A stretch of 54,055 nucleotides of DNA, from assembly GCA_016875215.1 (NCBI GenBank), contig VGRX01000005.1, positions 1-54,055 of the forward strand, read 5' to 3'. Below, one piece after another: positions 27,229 to 37,347 of this stretch. Origin of the DNA: Deltaproteobacteria bacterium (lineage in GTDB: Bacteria > Myxococcota_A > UBA9042 > CAIXZC01). Within the stretch, counting starts at the first letter, position 1. Each line of letters begins with the position of its first letter. The notes beneath the pieces are model-generated. The model ran no database searches. It was given only the letters and a program-made list of their open reading frames with translations, and was not told the DNA's origin. A program made the translations under genes and the position numbers.

Positions 27229-27257
27229 AGGTTGGGAGGGGGCACCCCGCCCAACCT
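27229..27257. terminator. GC-rich hairpin between convergent genes
   Basis: AGGTTGGG...CCCAACCT arms with inner GGGG/CCCC; no U-tract. Confidence 0.4.
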
Positions 27258-27268
27258 GCCGGCGATGC

Positions 27269-28825
27269 CTACCGGGCCCCTGGCGATAGGCTGTCGAGGA
27301 GGGCCCGATCGCCGCCACCCCGCCAGATCAGACGTCCGGCGGCATGCACCAGCGGGTCAAGTGCCCGGAAGCCGGTAGCAAGCCGAAGCATGCGGCACTT
27401 CATCCGGCCGTTTCGCCCCAGGAGGCAGTAGCTCCTGCAGCGGCCGGCATGCAGCTCGGCCTCGCTGAGGCCGGAGTGCGAGAATCCCATGCGAAAGCCG
27501 CCCCGATGGGCCCGGGCGTAGTCTGAAAAGCTCTTCACCAGCGGTTCGATTCCATGCTCCTCCGGGCGGAGAAGCATGGGGGACATCGGTTCGATTTCGC
27601 AGGCGTGGAACTGGATCCGGCACACGTTCGAGCGCCGTTCCAGTCGTTCCAGGAGGCGCTTCTCCTCGAGGTCGTCCTCCGGGCCCGACGGCAGCCCGTA
27701 CAGGAAGTGCAGTCCGACGTTCAGCCCACGGGCTCCGACGGCATCGATCCAGGCGAGCAGCTCGTCGTTGCCGAACCGGAACGCCTTGTAGCGCTCCCTG
27801 AGGCGCTGGGAGCCCATGTCGGGAGAGAACTCGATCGTGGAACCGGCCCCGGCCGTGGCCGCGAATTCCTCGCAGAACTCCAGCGACGGGAGCTCCCATG
27901 CGTCCAGGTTCCACCGCGGGGCAAGCCCCCGCTTCCGGCAGAGGGTCAGCACGTCGGACAGGAACCCCTCCATCCCGTGGAACCAGTGGTCCGTGGCCAC
28001 GGTCCGGTAACCGAAGGCCAGCGCCCGCTCCAGCGTGGCCACCGCTGCCTCGGGCGAGGTCAGTGCGGACCGCTCCCGCCTGAGCAGGCCGACGGTAGCG
28101 TCCGCTCCGCCTCCGCACCAGGCGCACCGCCGGAAGCACCCCCTCCCCAGCGGAACGTGGAACCCCGCCGTCCGCTTCATCTCGAACAGCAGCCGGTTGA
28201 GCCGGACGCGCTCCGGGGGCAGCATGAACGGATAGAGCCGCGGGTAGGCGGCCGCATTCTCGAGCAACGAGAAGTCAGCGAACTCCAGTGCCTGGAACTC
28301 ATCGTCCGTGGCATGCCACCAGGTCGAGGGCCGCACGACCCGACCGCCGTCGCGATAGGACAGGTTGGGTACCCCCTGCGGCGATCGGCCGGCGCCCCGG
28401 GCCTCCAGGAGTCGGACCAGGGGGATCTCCCCCTCGCCGCACACCACCCCGTCCACCTCGGGACAGGTCAGAAGGATCTCCTCCGCGTAGGCCGAGGCAG
28501 TCAGTCCGCCCAGCACGACGAAAGCGTCCGGCAGCTCCCTCCGCACACTGCGCACGACATCCAGGCTGTCCGGGACCTGGTGGTGCCAGTGGACCGAGAC
28601 CCCCACCACGGACGGACGCTCCCGTTGCAGCATCGGCTCGAGGCGGAAGTCAGGGGAAAGCAGCCGCTCCAGCCCCACGTGCACTACCCGGACCTGGTAT
28701 CCCGCCCGTCGAACCGCAGTTGCCAGCGAAAGGAGCCCCGAGGCCATGAAATTGATGAACGTGGCCTTGCCGTACGGCCCGTAGCCGTGGCGGAATTTGG
28801 GAACGTGCAGCAGCAGGCAGTCCAA
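27269..28825 (-). CDS. Cobalamin-binding radical SAM enzyme
   Basis: B12-binding domain (VGVSVHWHHQ, VVLGGLTAS, GVVCGEGE, PNLSYR); GRGCFRRCAWCGG (CX3CX2C); IEPMSPM. Confidence 0.9.
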   Translation of the reverse strand: MDCLLLHVPKFRHGYGPYGKATFINFMASGLLSLATAVRRAGYQVRVVHVGLERLLSPDFRLEPMLQRERPSVVGVSVHWHHQVPDSLDVVRSVRRELPDAFVVLGGLTASAYAEEILLTCPEVDGVVCGEGEIPLVRLLEARGAGRSPQGVPNLSYRDGGRVVRPSTWWHATDDEFQALEFADFSLLENAAAYPRLYPFMLPPERVRLNRLLFEMKRTAGFHVPLGRGCFRRCAWCGGGADATVGLLRRERSALTSPEAAVATLERALAFGYRTVATDHWFHGMEGFLSDVLTLCRKRGLAPRWNLDAWELPSLEFCEEFAATAGAGSTIEFSPDMGSQRLRERYKAFRFGNDELLAWIDAVGARGLNVGLHFLYGLPSGPEDDLEEKRLLERLERRSNVCRIQFHACEIEPMSPMLLRPEEHGIEPLVKSFSDYARAHRGGFRMGFSHSGLSEAELHAGRCRSYCLLGRNGRMKCRMLRLATGFRALDPLVHAAGRLIWRGGGDRALLDSLSPGAR

Positions 28826-28988
28826 GGGTCCCCCCTGCGAACCGCTTCACCTTACCACACCGCACCTTGCACTACCAAGCGGGCACGCCGTCACTAACCG
28901 ATTTCCAACATCCGCCTCGCCGCAGGGAAACCTCCGTCGAGTTTCATGGAAAACGTCGGTCGATGACGCCGACCCGGGAGGTGAACCC

Positions 28989-30131
28989 ATGGAAACCGTT
29001 CTCGCCGCGGTGGTGCTTGCAGGAATGGCGTGGTACCTGATGACGCTCGTTGCCGTGTTCCGTCGGCTCTCCCCCAGTCGCCGGGCAAGGAGGGCCTCTC
29101 CGCCGCTCGACCTGCCCTCCGTCACCATCCTCAAGCCGATCAAGGGAGTGGACAGCGACCTCGAGGACAACCTGCTCTCGTTCATCCGCCAGGACTACCC
29201 GAGCTTCGAGGTCGTGTTCGGGATCCAGGATCCGTTCGACCCCGCCCTTCCCACCCTGCGGCGCATACGCGATGCCCACCCGGAGGTCCCGGTGCGTATC
29301 GTGCAGACCCTCGAGACCCCGGGGTTCAACCCCAAGGTGAACAACCTCCTGGGCATGATGCGGATGGCCTCGCATGACGTGATGGTCATCTCGGACAGCA
29401 ATGTCCGGGTGTCGCCGAGCTACCTGTCCGAGAACGTCCCGCTCCTGCTTCGCCCCGGTGCAGGGCTGGTCTGCAACCTGATTCGGGGCCGGGGGGACGC
29501 AGGGCTGGGCTCCCTGATGGAATCGCTCCACCTCAACACGTTTCTCCTGGGCAACACCTGCCTGGTGGACCGCCTCGCCGGTGAGAAGATCGTGGTCGGG
29601 AAGTCCATCTTCTTCCGCAAGTCCGAGTTGGATTCCCTCGGCGGGCTCGCAAAGCTCAAGGACGTGCTGGCCGAGGACTACCTCATGGGCCGGCTCTACC
29701 TGGACGCCGGACGGGATGTCGCCGTGTCCGCCCACGTCATCGACACGTGGACCCGCGGGTGGGGCGTCCGCCAGTTCCTCAGCCGCCATGCCCGCTGGGC
29801 AAGGCTCCGCTGGCAGATCAACCGCACCGCATATGTGCTCGAGTTCCTGACCAATGCTCCGTTCTGGGCGACCGTGCTGGCACTGGTTTCGGGGTTTTCG
29901 GCACCGGCCCTGGCCGTTGCCGTCTCCGCATTCCTGGTCAAGGGAGCCGGCGACCAGCTCTGCAACCTGCGGCTGGGACGTCCGGTCCGCAGCGGCCTGG
30001 TGCTCCTGTCTCCGCTCAAGGATGTCGTCGTGGCCGCGATCTTCCCGGTCCCCCTGGTCTCGTCCCACACCAACTGGCGGGGAAACCGCCTCCGCATCAC
30101 CCGCGGAACCGTCCTGGTTCCGGCCAGGTGA
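28989..30131 (+). CDS. Ceramide glucosyltransferase / HpnI-like glycosyltransferase (GT21/GT2)
   Basis: N-terminal TM; PSVTILKPIKG, QDYP, NPKVNNL, ISDSN, LAEDY, RHARW, WRG; GGAGG RBS. Confidence 0.88.
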   Translation: METVLAAVVLAGMAWYLMTLVAVFRRLSPSRRARRASPPLDLPSVTILKPIKGVDSDLEDNLLSFIRQDYPSFEVVFGIQDPFDPALPTLRRIRDAHPEVPVRIVQTLETPGFNPKVNNLLGMMRMASHDVMVISDSNVRVSPSYLSENVPLLLRPGAGLVCNLIRGRGDAGLGSLMESLHLNTFLLGNTCLVDRLAGEKIVVGKSIFFRKSELDSLGGLAKLKDVLAEDYLMGRLYLDAGRDVAVSAHVIDTWTRGWGVRQFLSRHARWARLRWQINRTAYVLEFLTNAPFWATVLALVSGFSAPALAVAVSAFLVKGAGDQLCNLRLGRPVRSGLVLLSPLKDVVVAAIFPVPLVSSHTNWRGNRLRITRGTVLVPAR

Positions 30132-30270
30132 CCCCCAGATCGTCCGCTCTCCATGTCGTCCGTGGCGGCGTGGCCGGCTTGCCCCGTGCCCCTTCATCGC
30201 CGGTGCGAAGCAGGAGCCCACATCGTTTCCCGACAAGGAAAGCGGATGATCCGGGCAGAAGTGGCATCTC

Positions 30271-31242
30271 TTGACTCTGCGGGCCGGGATTGCCATCCTG
30301 CCTCCGTGCTCCGCCACGGACACGGGCATTGAGGAGACCGGCTGGGGGATCGATTTTGACCAAAGACTGGCGCTGCTGCAGGCGCACCTCGAACGATGCC
30401 GCCTCTGCGGCAATCTCTGCGACGCGGATCGAATCGAGGGAACCAGCGCGATCTGCGGGGCCGGACCCAAGCCCGTCGTCACCTCCGTCCGCCTGGACAG
30501 CAGCAAGAGCCACCCGCTCGGAGGCAGCCTTCCCGTCGGCACCATCGGCTTCCTGCGCTGCGGCCTTGACTGCGTCTACTGTGCCGACCCCAAGCCGTCG
30601 GACTTGCCCTCCGAAGAGGCCTTGCAGGTCGACCACGTCCGACTCGCAGACGAGATCCTCAGGCTCCAGGAGGCCGGGGCGGCCATCGTCCGCTTCCAGG
30701 CGCCCACCGTGCACCTGCCGACGCTGGTACCCGCCCTCCACCTTGCCCGGATGCGCGGGCTCCGGAGCCCGGTGGCCTACGGTTCTTCCGCGTTCGAGAC
30801 CGTCGAGGCGCTCCGCCTGCTCGATGGGCTCGTGGACGTCTACTTCCCCACCCTCAAGTACGGCAGCGAGCAGGCAGCCCGCGTCTACTCCGGTGTCGTC
30901 GACTACGTCCACACCAGCCGACTCGCGGTCAAGGAGATGTTCCGCCAGGTCGGCCCTGCCAGCCGAGGGTCTCGCGGCGGGCTCCGGAGGGGCCTCGTCG
31001 TGCGGCACACACCCATCCCGGCCGGCATGGCCGGAACCGTGCAGGTCCTGACCTGGATCGCGCGGAATCTCCCGTCCGACACCCCCGTCTGCCTGTCCCA
31101 GTCCTATCGACCGGTCCACCAGGTCGCGGCCGGACTTTTCCCCGAGATCGCCCGGAGGGTCTCGCAGGAGGAGCACGACTACTTCCTTTCCGCTGCCCGC
31201 CAACTGGGGCTTTCCAACGCCTTTCCGTCAGATTGCGACTGA
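30271..31242 (+). CDS. PflX-like radical SAM protein; start uncertain
   Basis: N-terminal CRLCGNLC; CGLDCVYC; LLDGLVDVY...KYG; AVKEMFRQVG; RGLVVRH. Confidence 0.82.
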   Translation: MTLRAGIAILPPCSATDTGIEETGWGIDFDQRLALLQAHLERCRLCGNLCDADRIEGTSAICGAGPKPVVTSVRLDSSKSHPLGGSLPVGTIGFLRCGLDCVYCADPKPSDLPSEEALQVDHVRLADEILRLQEAGAAIVRFQAPTVHLPTLVPALHLARMRGLRSPVAYGSSAFETVEALRLLDGLVDVYFPTLKYGSEQAARVYSGVVDYVHTSRLAVKEMFRQVGPASRGSRGGLRRGLVVRHTPIPAGMAGTVQVLTWIARNLPSDTPVCLSQSYRPVHQVAAGLFPEIARRVSQEEHDYFLSAARQLGLSNAFPSDCD

Positions 31243-31365
31243 CCGTGCGTCGCCGCAGGCCGTCCGCCCAACGCCTCCGGCGTCAGTGCCGACGATCCGG
31301 GGCAGCGTGCTTGTTTTTCACAACGTGCTGAGTATCATCACACCGCATTGACGCGAGGTGAAGCC

Positions 31366-32295
31366 ATGGATTTCCGGACCACACTGGTCGCCGTTCTGCC
31401 GGCCGTTCTTGCGGCCGGTTGCCTGGAAAGCAACCCCCAGCCGTTTCCTGCAGGCGGAAAGACGGACGGCAGCGTCACCGATGTCGAATGGCAACCCCCG
31501 CAGGCCGATTCCACGTTCTCGCTTGACGACGGGAGACACCTCGGCGGCGGCGAGACCTATGCCGACTCAGTCCTGACGTCCGATTCTGCCGACGATCTGC
31601 TCCTGCCCGAGCTCCCCTGGAACGAAGTCGCACCCGATGCCGAGCTCCCGTTCCCCGACCTGCAGGACCAGGCGGAGGAACCGTCCGTGCCTCCGGACGA
31701 GACCGACGAGGATGCGGGGGAGGACGTCTGCACGCAGGACTGCCTGCAGGATGTGGTTCCGGAGTGCATGGGAGACTGCGGCTACGACGTGCCCGACGAA
31801 GTTTCCGACGTGCCGGGCGACACCGCCGACTGCGGGCCGGTCGACACGGACCAGGACGGCCTCTTCGACGGATGCGACGAGGACGACGACAACGACGGCG
31901 TTCCGGATGGTGCGGACGTCTGCCCGCTCGTTGCCGACCCGGACCAGAAGGACTCGGATCTCGACGGCCAGGGGGATGCCTGCGAAACCGGGTGCGGCAA
32001 CCCGGACAAGTACAAGGATTGCACCTGGGACCTTGCGCAGGACAAGTGCCTCGAGCAGGGGGGCAAATGGGGCACGTGGGGTCTGTCCCCGATTCCCTCC
32101 TGCATGTGCCCTTCCGGTGACGGCGGCTGCCCGTGCCATTCCTCGAACGATTGCGTCGGCCCTTGCTACGCCCCCCTTGACGGAGATTGCTCCAAGTACA
32201 CCGTCGGGCACTGCTCCGAAACGAAGATGATGTTCGGCTGCTTCTGCATGTTCGGCCAGGAAGGCGAGCCCCCCATGGGAATCTGCGTGGACTGA
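31366..32295 (+). CDS. Acidic, Cys-rich lipoprotein with thrombospondin type-3 Ca-binding repeats
   Basis: Lipobox AAGC; [45 protein letters not shown]. Confidence 0.8.
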   Translation: MDFRTTLVAVLPAVLAAGCLESNPQPFPAGGKTDGSVTDVEWQPPQADSTFSLDDGRHLGGGETYADSVLTSDSADDLLLPELPWNEVAPDAELPFPDLQDQAEEPSVPPDETDEDAGEDVCTQDCLQDVVPECMGDCGYDVPDEVSDVPGDTADCGPVDTDQDGLFDGCDEDDDNDGVPDGADVCPLVADPDQKDSDLDGQGDACETGCGNPDKYKDCTWDLAQDKCLEQGGKWGTWGLSPIPSCMCPSGDGGCPCHSSNDCVGPCYAPLDGDCSKYTVGHCSETKMMFGCFCMFGQEGEPPMGICVD

Positions 32296-32427
32296 GGTCG
32301 GAAACAGCGCCGCCCACACAGGGAGAGCGGACGCCCCTTGGCCCTTCGAATCCGGGTTGCCGATAGCCGAGCAGCGGTGCTATTGTCACCCGGAGTCGCA
32401 GAGCTATCTGCCAACCTGGAGGACAAC

Positions 32428-34182
32428 ATGAGATTCTGGGCCGCCTGTGTCACCGCTCTCTTCCTGGTCGCCTGTGCGAAGGAGCAGCCGGCCGAGCCGG
32501 GGAAGCAACCGGCGGGAGAGCCGCCGCCGTCGGTTGAGCCGAAGACCGTGGAGAAGCCGGGAGAGGCCCCCGCCGCGGGCACGCAGCCTGCGGCCGGAGA
32601 AGCCGGCAAGGCAGCGGAGCCTGCAGCCGGAGAAGCCGGCAAGGCAGCCGAGCCTGCGGCCGGAGAAGCCGGCAAGGCCGCGGAGCCTGCGGCCGGTGAA
32701 GCCGGCAAGGCCGCGGAGCCTGCAGCCGGAGGAGTCGGCAAGGCCGCGGAGCCTGCGGCCGGAGAAGCCGGCAAGGCCGCCGAGCCTGCGGCCGGAGAGT
32801 TTGCGTCCGCACTTCCCGAGCTTGCGAAGTCCGCCCTCCCGTACCTGCCGGAGAAGCTCCAGGCGATCATCGCCCTGGACCTGGTCGGTGCGGTCACGCG
32901 GCTCGATTCCATGGTCCCGCTGATGAACATGCTGGGGGTGGAGGAGGACAAGGCGCTCCAGGAGGAGCTGTCGACGTTCATCCGCAGCCGTATCGGGCTC
33001 GATCCGTTGGCGGCCCGGGGGGTTGTCTTCGCGATCACTCCGGACCCCGCGTTCTGGATGCTCGTCAAGGGCGATTTCAAGCTCGAGAAGACGGCCGCGG
33101 CCGAGCTGGTGGACGTTGGAGGTCTCCAGGCGCTGGTGCTGTCCGGTGACCCGTCCTTCGTCGTCCTGCCCCTCGACGGGTGGGGGATCGCCCTGTTCGA
33201 CCGGCAGGAGGCCGCGGCCACGTTCGTGGAGACGATCATCGCCCGGAAGGGTCCGCCTCCGACGGAGCCGGAGCTCCTGGGCTCGCTGGGGGGCGTGGCC
33301 GGGGCCGTCCTGGCCGTGGGAGTGGACTTCAACCATCCGATGATCCAGGCCGGCTGGACTCGGGAGATCCCCTTCCCTCCGCCCAAGAGCGCTGCCCTCT
33401 ACGTCGGTTCCTCGAACATCACCGCCCGGATGGCCGCGGACGATGCCTGCATCAACGGCATCCTGGGGGCGCTGGAATCGGCAAGGGCCATGGCCAAGGC
33501 CGCAGTGGCCGCTCAGAAGGCGAACCTGGCCGAGATGAACCTGCTTGACGGGATCAGCATCATCCTGGCCGATCGGTCGCTCGACCGGCTCGTGGATTTC
33601 ATCACTCCGAAGCGGACCGGAGACACCCTCTCGCTGTCGCTGGAGATCGACCAGTTCACCACGGTCACCATCGTCGGCAGCATGGCCGCTGTGGCCATTC
33701 CGGCGTTCCTCAGGTACACCCGCACGGCCAAGGTCTCGGAGGCCCAGGAGACGCTCCGGAAGATCCGCTACGGGGCAGAGGCCTACTTCTGCACTCCCAG
33801 GGTCGATGAGCAGGGGAACAAGATCGCTCCCCATTTCCCCGAGGCCCAGGCCGCGACGCCTGCCGCCGGTACCTGCTGCGCCTCGCTCGGTGGGCCTGCC
33901 GGAGAGAAGGAAGGCCGGTGCGAGCCGGATTCCGCAACGTGGCAGACCCCGGCCTGGATGGCCCTCAACTTCGCGATGCTCGACCCTCACTACTTCGTCT
34001 ACGAGTTCACCCCCACGACCCAGCCCGACGGTACGCCCGCATTCGATGCCTCTGCGTACGGCGACCTCGACTGCAACGGCGTCCGTTCCACCTTCCGGCT
34101 GACCTGCCGGGGCGTCACCGGCGGCGAGGACGACTGCCGCCTCGACTGCGACGAGGTCACGGTCGAAAACGAGCTCGAATAG
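32428..34182 (+). CDS. Lipoprotein fused to a C-terminal type IV pilin-like domain
   Basis: GGAGG RBS; lipobox LVAC. C-terminal IVGSMAAVAIPAFLRYTRTAKVSEAQETLRKI...TCC...W.ALNF..DPHYF.YEF...AYGDLDCNG. Confidence 0.85.
   Translation: MRFWAACVTALFLVACAKEQPAEPGKQPAGEPPPSVEPKTVEKPGEAPAAGTQPAAGEAGKAAEPAAGEAGKAAEPAAGEAGKAAEPAAGEAGKAAEPAAGGVGKAAEPAAGEAGKAAEPAAGEFASALPELAKSALPYLPEKLQAIIALDLVGAVTRLDSMVPLMNMLGVEEDKALQEELSTFIRSRIGLDPLAARGVVFAITPDPAFWMLVKGDFKLEKTAAAELVDVGGLQALVLSGDPSFVVLPLDGWGIALFDRQEAAATFVETIIARKGPPPTEPELLGSLGGVAGAVLAVGVDFNHPMIQAGWTREIPFPPPKSAALYVGSSNITARMAADDACINGILGALESARAMAKAAVAAQKANLAEMNLLDGISIILADRSLDRLVDFITPKRTGDTLSLSLEIDQFTTVTIVGSMAAVAIPAFLRYTRTAKVSEAQETLRKIRYGAEAYFCTPRVDEQGNKIAPHFPEAQAATPAAGTCCASLGGPAGEKEGRCEPDSATWQTPAWMALNFAMLDPHYFVYEFTPTTQPDGTPAFDASAYGDLDCNGVRSTFRLTCRGVTGGEDDCRLDCDEVTVENELE
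32585..32798 (+). repeat. ~6.5 in-frame 33-bp (11-aa) repeats PAAGEAGKAAE
   Basis: AGCCTGC recurs at 33-nt period from 32585. Confidence 0.9.
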
Positions 34183-34276
34183 TCCGGATTCGCGCGGTTC
34201 CCTCAGATCTGTCCTGTTTTTTGCGCCCTCCGCCCACGCGGCTAGGATCAAGGCGGTCGTACGGAGAGGGATTATT

Positions 34277-35641
34277 ATGCAGAACGACAGGCGCACCGGC
34301 ATCCAGGTGAACATGGCGAAGATGAAGACCGCGGCGCTGTTGGGCCTGGCTCTGGGGCTCTTCCTGACGGCGACGCTTGCGGCCAGGGGCAACAGTGCGG
34401 CCGGCAACGAGCCGTCCGACGTGGTCCATTCCCTGGCTCGCATGGCCTCGTTGCTCCCGACCGGGGGGATCGAGACCGCGGTCCGGCTGCTGCGGCAGGA
34501 ATCGGAGCAGGCGGCCCCAAGGCTCGAGCCGGCCAGCTTCATCGATACCAGCTTCGAGATGCTCGACCTGGCGGCCACCACGGTGGGAAAGAACCCGACG
34601 CTGGAGCTCGAGGGGGGCAGGAAGATCTCCTTCACCCTTCGCCCCGACCTCCAGAAGGAGGCGGAGAAGGTCTTCGAGCAGTACCGTCCCCACGAGGCAG
34701 CGTTCGTGGCCCTCGACCCCAGGACCGGGGAGGTGCTGGCCCTCGCCGGGTACGCGGACGGCAAGCTGGCCCCGCACAGGGCGTTGCAGGCCGAAGGCCC
34801 TGCGGCATCGGTCTACAAGGTGATCACCGGGGCTGCCCTGGTCGAGGGCAAGGGCGTTTCCTCCGCCAAGGAGGTCTGCTACCACGGCGGCGGCAGCGGA
34901 ATAGCAAAGAGCCACCTCGTCCACGATCCCGACCGGGATCATACCTGCCACAGCCTCGCCGAGGCCATGGGGCGCTCGGCCAACGTGGTGTTCGCCCGGT
35001 TGGCTTTCAATCTGCTCACCCGCGGCGAGATGAAGGCGTTTGCCGAGCGCTTCGGCTTCAACCAGGTCCTGCCGTTCGAATGGCCGGTCGAGGTGAGCCG
35101 GGTGGACGTGCCCGACAACCGGCTGGAGTTCGCCCGCATGGCAGCCGGGTTCTATCATTCCACGCTCAGCCCGTTCCACGGCGCTCTGCTGGCAGCGGCG
35201 GTGGCGAACGGGGGACGGATGATGCGTCCCGGAATCGTCAGCGAGGTCACGGAGCGTGACGGCACGGTCTCCTGGCAGCGTCAGCCCGAGCTCTTCCTGG
35301 AGCCCATCTCCGCTCAGACCGCCGGGATCCTTTGCGAGATGATGCAGAAGACCGTGACGGACGGTACCGCGCGCAAGTACTTCAGCCGCCGGACCCCCGG
35401 CCTCAAGGGGGTGACGGTCGCGGGCAAGACCGGCTCGCTGTCCGAAACCCATGAGGGAGTCCGATACCACTATTCCTGGTTCGTCGGCTTCGCACCCGCG
35501 GACGACCCGAAGATCGCCTTTGCCTCGCTGGTCGTCAACGACCCCAACTGGAAGGTCAAGGGGCCGGTAGTCGCACGCCGGGTCCTCGACCGCTTCTTCC
35601 AGGAGGACTCCACCCCGCATCACCGCACCGCCAGGCGCTGA
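34277..35641 (+). CDS. Penicillin-binding protein, transpeptidase domain
   Basis: SxxK (ASVYK), SxN (SAN), KTG (GKTGS), WFVGFAP; N-terminal hydrophobic anchor. Confidence 0.92.
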   Translation: MQNDRRTGIQVNMAKMKTAALLGLALGLFLTATLAARGNSAAGNEPSDVVHSLARMASLLPTGGIETAVRLLRQESEQAAPRLEPASFIDTSFEMLDLAATTVGKNPTLELEGGRKISFTLRPDLQKEAEKVFEQYRPHEAAFVALDPRTGEVLALAGYADGKLAPHRALQAEGPAASVYKVITGAALVEGKGVSSAKEVCYHGGGSGIAKSHLVHDPDRDHTCHSLAEAMGRSANVVFARLAFNLLTRGEMKAFAERFGFNQVLPFEWPVEVSRVDVPDNRLEFARMAAGFYHSTLSPFHGALLAAAVANGGRMMRPGIVSEVTERDGTVSWQRQPELFLEPISAQTAGILCEMMQKTVTDGTARKYFSRRTPGLKGVTVAGKTGSLSETHEGVRYHYSWFVGFAPADDPKIAFASLVVNDPNWKVKGPVVARRVLDRFFQEDSTPHHRTARR

Positions 35642-35646
35642 TTCCG

Positions 35647-37125
35647 ATGCGCCCACTGCTGCCGACGGATTCCGGCAGGGAAGGCCCTTTGCCCGGGACC
35701 GCAGGTGCGGCGTCCGGCGGGGGGACTGCAGGCTCCCGGTCCGGTTCGAAGTCCCTGTCCGCCCCCCAGGCCGTGGAACGCCGCATGGGGGGACTCGAGG
35801 CCGTCCTCCTCGTGGTCGGAAGCATGGTCGGCACCGGCATCCTCGTGACCCCCGCCCTGGTCTCAGCAAGCACCGGGAGTCTGGCCGGCGTCCTCCTCGT
35901 CTGGGGAGGGGGGGCTCTATATGCCCTCCTCGGCGCCCTGTCCCAGGCCGAGCTGGCCACCCGCTATCCCAGGGCCGGCGGGGACTACGTGTTCCTCCGG
36001 GAATCGTTCGGCCCTCTCCCCGCGTTCCTGTGCGGCTGGGTCTCGCTGACCATCGGGTTTGCAGGTTCGATCGCTGCCCTGGCACGCACCTGCGGCCAGT
36101 ACCTCCTCCGGGCCTTTCCCGGGGTGGCCGGATGGCTTCCAGTCACCCCGGCCCACACGGAACAGACCGTCTCAGCCCTGTCCGCCGAGACGGGCGTCGC
36201 CATCGCGCTCATCCTGGCACTGACCGTTGTGAACCTGCTCGGCGTCAGTGCGGGGAGCCGGACGCAGGCCGTGCTGACCGCTGCCAAGGTCGCAGGGCTT
36301 GCAGTGCTCATGGGCGTCGCACTGTGGGCCAGCCCCCAGGCGCCCCCTCCGGTCCCCCCGTCGCTCCCGCTCTCCGCAGCACTGCTCCCGGTCGTCTTCT
36401 CCTACACCGGGTGGAATGACGCCATCTACGTGGGCGGCGAGATCACGAGGCCCGGCCGCAACCTCCCCCTGGCCCTGATCGCCGGGACCGCAGCGGTCGC
36501 TCTCCTCTACCTGCTGTTCAATGCCGCATTCGTCCTCTCGACCGGAGGCCACGTCGGCCAGGGAAAGGACCTCGCCGTTGCCGCGGCCATGGCCGAGGTG
36601 GCCCTCGGACCCGGCAGCCAGCCCCTCGTGGCGAGCCTTGCCGCACTGCTCGTCTCAGGGACCATGGCCGCACTGGCCGTGACCGGCCCCCGCATCGCGT
36701 ACGCCATGGCCCGGGACGCGGCCCTCCCGCAATCGCTCGGTCGCCTCAATGCCCGCCAGGCACCGACCAATGCCCTGCTCTTCCAGGCTGCCGTCGCCGT
36801 CCTGTTCGTGCTGGCCGGGTCGTTGCAGCAGATCATCGAGTGGGTGGGGTTTGCCCTGGTGGTCTTCTCCGCCCTGGCCACGGCCTGCATCTTCGTGGAG
36901 CGCGCCCGCCGTCCGTTGCCGGAAAACGCAACCGGGTATCGGATCCCCCTTTGGCCCCTGCCCCCGGTGCTCTACATCGGGATCAGCCTGGCCATCGCCG
37001 TCGCGGTGGCCCTGGAGGACCCCGGCCAGGCACTCTACGGCATCCTCCTCGTGCTGTCCGGCCTTCCGGTCTACTGGCTGTCACGCTCGAAGACGAGGCT
37101 TAAACAAGAAAGGGACCCGCCCTGA
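35647..37125 (+). CDS. APC-family amino acid permease
   Basis: VGSMVGTGI, AELATRYPRAGGDY, FSYTGWN, GEI..P.RNLP, PRIAYAMARD. Confidence 0.92.
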   Translation: MRPLLPTDSGREGPLPGTAGAASGGGTAGSRSGSKSLSAPQAVERRMGGLEAVLLVVGSMVGTGILVTPALVSASTGSLAGVLLVWGGGALYALLGALSQAELATRYPRAGGDYVFLRESFGPLPAFLCGWVSLTIGFAGSIAALARTCGQYLLRAFPGVAGWLPVTPAHTEQTVSALSAETGVAIALILALTVVNLLGVSAGSRTQAVLTAAKVAGLAVLMGVALWASPQAPPPVPPSLPLSAALLPVVFSYTGWNDAIYVGGEITRPGRNLPLALIAGTAAVALLYLLFNAAFVLSTGGHVGQGKDLAVAAAMAEVALGPGSQPLVASLAALLVSGTMAALAVTGPRIAYAMARDAALPQSLGRLNARQAPTNALLFQAAVAVLFVLAGSLQQIIEWVGFALVVFSALATACIFVERARRPLPENATGYRIPLWPLPPVLYIGISLAIAVAVALEDPGQALYGILLVLSGLPVYWLSRSKTRLKQERDPP

Positions 37126-37140
37126 CGGGGGGTCCCTTTC
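37101..37140 (-). terminator. Intrinsic terminator (possibly bidirectional)
   Basis: 11-bp stem 37108-37118/37130-37140; minus strand ends TTTCTTGTTT. The permease stop codon lies in the loop. Confidence 0.75.
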
Positions 37141-37337
37141 CGATCTTTCAGGGCTCGCCACATTAACCGAAGAACTCAGAAGGACTACAAGAGGGAGCAG
37201 GGCTAGCGACGAGCCCGTTGTGCTGCCGCCCTGCCGTGTGGAAATGTCCCTCGAACCGTTGCAGCCCGGTCCCAGGGGTTCCGTAAATGGGGGGAAAAAG
37301 CGTGGAACAAAGGAATATGGGGACTGGAATCAAACGT
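37101..37337 (-). ncRNA. Candidate sigma-54-dependent small RNA (~235 nt)
   Basis: Bounded by a consensus -24/-12 promoter and a terminator; stems need G-U pairs that form only on this strand; no RBS-led ORF inside. Confidence 0.6.
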
Positions 37338-37347
37338 CCTTTCATTA

